In this document: positions 7,493 through 10,126 of the stretch, piece after piece
Position numbering within the stretch: position 1 is the first letter of the stretch
Layout: each line of letters begins with the position of its first letter
DNA from: Promethearchaeota archaeon
GTDB lineage: Archaea > Asgardarchaeota > Lokiarchaeia > Sigyniarchaeales > SOKP01
DNA length: 10,126 nucleotides
Assembly (NCBI GenBank): GCA_048938445.1
Contig: JBHLME010000092.1
Location: 1 to 10,126, forward strand
Direction of reading: 5' to 3'
Translations under genes and position numbers: made by a program
Notes under the pieces: model-generated
Database searches by the model: none
What the model saw: the letters and a program-made list of their open reading frames with translations, nothing else
Told to the model about the DNA's origin: nothing

Positions 7493-8292
7493 GGCATTTT
7501 TATTTTTGGTATTTCAATCTGAAAAAGATGAGCTGGAGCATAAATAGATTGATCAGGTAACCCCTTATAATTAAAATCTTCAGAAATGACAAGTTCTTTA
7601 GGTTCTTGTGTTAAATTATTATTTTTCAGTTCTATCGGTTGATCTTCATGTTGGTTTTTTATAGTATTTTCTATTTTAGATTCTATAAGATCATTAAATT
7701 CGATACTTTTTTTCTGTTCAATTAATCGAGGATATTGCTTATTGAAATCCTCTATGAAATCAAATCTTTCAATTATTCTACTTTCAAAAACATATCCGGT
7801 ATTAACATCATATAACATCCCCGCAATTTGAATTTTTGAAGAAATTTTTCTATTATTTCTTAATGAACGAACCTGATTCGAGATATTCACTAATTCATCT
7901 ATAAATGGTTTAAAAAAATCTCGTAATTCATGAGTAGTTAAATTCATTTCTAATTTTGTTTTAAGCTCAAGTAACTTTATTTTAGTCATTCCGCAGTCCA
8001 AGTGTCCTAATACAATGAGATTTTTAACATTAAATTCACTAATTGCAATAAAAATAGATCTTAACATATCTCGCGCTATTACATTTCCAGCATTTCTTAA
8101 AATGAAGACATCACCGGGTTCTAATTGAAATATTCTGTGAACATCAATTCGTGGATCCATGCATGTTAGAATTAGTAGTGGATATTTAAGGATTATTTTT
8201 TCATTTTTAAGAGTTTCCAATCCATGCTGTAATTTCCGTTGAAATTTCTTATTTCCCTCCAATAATATCTTTTCAATTTCTTCTATCTGCAT
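7426..8292 (-). CDS. Beta-class carbonic anhydrase family protein with C-terminal extension
   Basis: Zn-binding motifs LTCMDPR and GHLDCG, plus RNAGN and GMLYDVNTG. About 110 extra C-terminal residues end in PKI repeats. Confidence 0.92.
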   Translation of the reverse strand: MQIEEIEKILLEGNKKFQRKLQHGLETLKNEKIILKYPLLILTCMDPRIDVHRIFQLEPGDVFILRNAGNVIARDMLRSIFIAISEFNVKNLIVLGHLDCGMTKIKLLELKTKLEMNLTTHELRDFFKPFIDELVNISNQVRSLRNNRKISSKIQIAGMLYDVNTGYVFESRIIERFDFIEDFNKQYPRLIEQKKSIEFNDLIESKIENTIKNQHEDQPIELKNNNLTQEPKELVISEDFNYKGLPDQSIYAPAHLFQIEIPKIKMPKIYIPKINIRVPMLIKKKSQK

Positions 8293-8373
8293 TTTCCTTG
8301 CTATTTTCCATTTTTATAAGAGTTTATTATCTAATATTTATAAAAAAATAATGTTAAAAAAAAATAGATCTTA

Positions 8374-9552
8374 TCATTTTACTTTATTAATTAGTTCCTT
8401 CAATTTTTTAGGATTTCCATTTCCGAAGAAGTTTTTTATCTGATCAGAATATTCAGGTAATAATTGTAGGAATGGCAATATTGCTTTTGATAGTGAATTA
8501 AATGCATTTTCACCATCTCCCATAATGAACATCTTTTCTGGCTTCATATTTTTGAATATTTCTGGTAAGATATTAGTTAATTGAACCGCTAAAAATCTTT
8601 CATCAGCAGCACTCATGGATTCAACTTGGTTTAAAAAACCTTCAGCTTGAGCTACCATTTGTTGCCTAATACTTTCCGCTTCTCCTTCAGCTTGAGCTAC
8701 TAAAGTCTTTTTGATCTTTTGAGCTTCAGCTTCAGCTTCAATAACTTTCTTTTGTCGCTCACCATCAGCCTCAATTTTCTTACGTTCACGTTCTAAATCA
8801 GCAACAGCAATTTCTTTTTGTACTCTTTGAGTCTCGATTTGCCTGAAAACGTTCTGTTCTTCAATTCCAACTTCATTCTGTACTTCTAATTCTCGTAACC
8901 GTGATTCTCTCTCCGCAGTAGCCATCGAAATTCGCGCCTTTCTGGCTTCCTCCGCTTTTTTAGTAGCTTCCATGTTTTCTTTTAATTTAGGCTCTAAAAT
9001 GATTACTTCTCTGATTTCAATTGATTCTATAACTATACCCCAATCAGATGTTAATTCATGTAATTCCTTGCTAATACCCTTGATAATATCCCTGCGTTCT
9101 CGAATGATTTTTTCGAGCTCCATGTTAGCACAGGTGGTCCTAATAATTGCTTCTGCAGCATTTTTTAATATTTTTTCTACATAATTGTCATTATTTGTAC
9201 TCCAAGATACAGCACTAAATGCTTTCTCAGGATCAATTACTTTCCAGATTAACATGCCTGTAATGGAGATATTCTGATATTCTTTAGAAACCACTTGTTC
9301 ATGAGCTTCGAGTATTGTCTGGATACTGGTTGTCGGTATCACGAGATATTCATCTATTAAGGGTAATAACCAGAGGCTACCTCCAAGACCCGCATGTTTA
9401 ACCTTTCCATTACGCAAATGTATTACAAATTGGTTTGTTTTGAACTTTCTATATCGCGTAGCCATAAAAATGATAAATAGTAATACTACAATGACTATCG
9501 CTACTACGGCACTAACTATTAATATCTGGATATCTGGAACCATTTGGAACAT
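8374..9552 (-). CDS. SPFH (band 7)/flotillin-like membrane protein
   Basis: N-terminal TM, SPFH core (IRTTCANMELEKII..R, WGIVIESIEIREV), then an Ala/Glu-rich coiled coil (IEAEAEA, AQAEGEAE). It lies downstream of an NfeD-like gene, and a purine-rich GAGG leader occupies 9553-9584. Confidence 0.92.
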   Translation of the reverse strand: MFQMVPDIQILIVSAVVAIVIVVLLFIIFMATRYRKFKTNQFVIHLRNGKVKHAGLGGSLWLLPLIDEYLVIPTTSIQTILEAHEQVVSKEYQNISITGMLIWKVIDPEKAFSAVSWSTNNDNYVEKILKNAAEAIIRTTCANMELEKIIRERRDIIKGISKELHELTSDWGIVIESIEIREVIILEPKLKENMEATKKAEEARKARISMATAERESRLRELEVQNEVGIEEQNVFRQIETQRVQKEIAVADLERERKKIEADGERQKKVIEAEAEAQKIKKTLVAQAEGEAESIRQQMVAQAEGFLNQVESMSAADERFLAVQLTNILPEIFKNMKPEKMFIMGDGENAFNSLSKAILPFLQLLPEYSDQIKNFFGNGNPKKLKELINKVK

Positions 9553-9584
9553 TTTTTTCTCTTTCCTCTTTTTTTTTAAATTTT

Positions 9585-10126
9585 TTATCTTCTAATTAAT
9601 TTTTTATTATTATCTACTAATAGATAACCTTGACGGACATCACAAATGTAAACTCTCGTTCCTTCATCAAATTTCGATTCTGGATTTAAAGGTTTTACAT
9701 GTAATTTTTCAAATTTTAATGGAGTATCAGAACTCACTTTTATTACGCCTCCTCTTTCATCTACATCTAAAATCACTTCTGCTTCCTTCCCTATAAGATT
9801 TTTTGTTGAGGATATTTGATAAAATCTTGATTTCGCCATTTTTCGCCATCCTATAGAGATCAACTTTGTAATTAAGAAAGTTATTCCGGGTGTAATAGGG
9901 AATGCTAAAAATCTTATGGATTCAAAAGTGATGTAACTTGAAATCATTCCTGTTATACCGAAAACTAAGAGAGAAGTAGAAAATAATAACATAAAGGGAG
10001 CAGGAGTTGAATAATCTAAGACATTTGAATCTCCCATTTGACTTTGGCTGTCTATGTGATCGATATGTCCAAAATCTTTATCTAGGTGATCGACATGTCC
10101 AAAATCTTTATCTAGGTGATCGACAT
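9585..10126 (-). CDS. NfeD-like (YqiJ-type) SPFH partner protein, 5'-truncated by the window edge
   Basis: Two TM helices, then an OB-fold-like C-terminus (LIGKEAEV...GGVIKV...GTRVYICDV.QGYLLV). The frame stays open upstream of ATG 10037 to the window end, reading VDHLDKDFGHVDHLDKDFGHIDHIDSQSQ-M. Confidence 0.85.
   Translation of the reverse strand, partial: VDHLDKDFGHVDHLDKDFGHIDHIDSQSQMGDSNVLDYSTPAPFMLLFSTSLLVFGITGMISSYITFESIRFLAFPITPGITFLITKLISIGWRKMAKSRFYQISSTKNLIGKEAEVILDVDERGGVIKVSSDTPLKFEKLHVKPLNPESKFDEGTRVYICDVRQGYLLVDNNKKLIRR
10056..10126. repeat. 30-bp coding tandem repeat (about 2.4 copies visible) encoding HVDHLDKDFG
   Basis: GTGATCGA(T/C)ATGTCCAAAATCTTTATCTAG at 10056-10085 and 10086-10115 (1 mismatch), with a partial third copy at 10116-10126. 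Confidence 0.93.

Noticed and set aside
8639-8700. 17-bp exact direct repeat CCTTCAGCTTGAGCTAC (8639-8655, 8684-8700)
   Set aside because: It encodes the repeated VAQAEG in the flotillin-type coiled coil, which is ordinary for this family.
8972-9184. 70-aa plus-strand ORF from the track
   Set aside because: Antisense shadow inside the SPFH gene, with the Ser/Ile-rich composition typical of such shadows.
10056-10126. 30-bp repeats as a CRISPR array
   Set aside because: Units are head-to-tail with no spacers, are a multiple of 3 and in frame with a CDS, and no cas genes are in the window.

Overview
AT-rich archaeal DNA, most likely Lokiarchaeota/Promethearchaeota (Asgard). This assignment rests on a C-terminal IPGY + TM + basic tail (Loki-CTERM-like) sorting signal, an archaeal-type tRNA without encoded CCA, a BRE/TATA promoter and GGTGA-type Shine-Dalgarno sites. 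From left to right the window holds tRNA-Thr(GGT) (-), a 7-bladed SBBP-type beta-propeller surface protein, a DUF4184-like membrane metal-dependent hydrolase, and an unannotated 34-aa membrane peptide gene (-). Next comes a tightly coupled three-gene + strand operon: a membrane-spanning ectodomain-GNAT fusion, a SelO/kinase-fold-like protein, and a winged-helix/coiled-coil protein. After it lie a second 36-aa paralog of the membrane peptide (-) and a - strand run of beta-carbonic anhydrase, SPFH/flotillin-like and NfeD-like genes. The NfeD-like gene runs off the window through a 30-bp His/Asp tandem repeat. The most notable structure is the three-gene operon, a candidate transmembrane post-translational-modification signalling or defence system. 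It sits between two diverged direct repeats, each carrying the micro-protein gene, and the left repeat also appears to keep a relic of the carbonic anhydrase 3' end. All family assignments come from motif recognition by eye; no searches were run.
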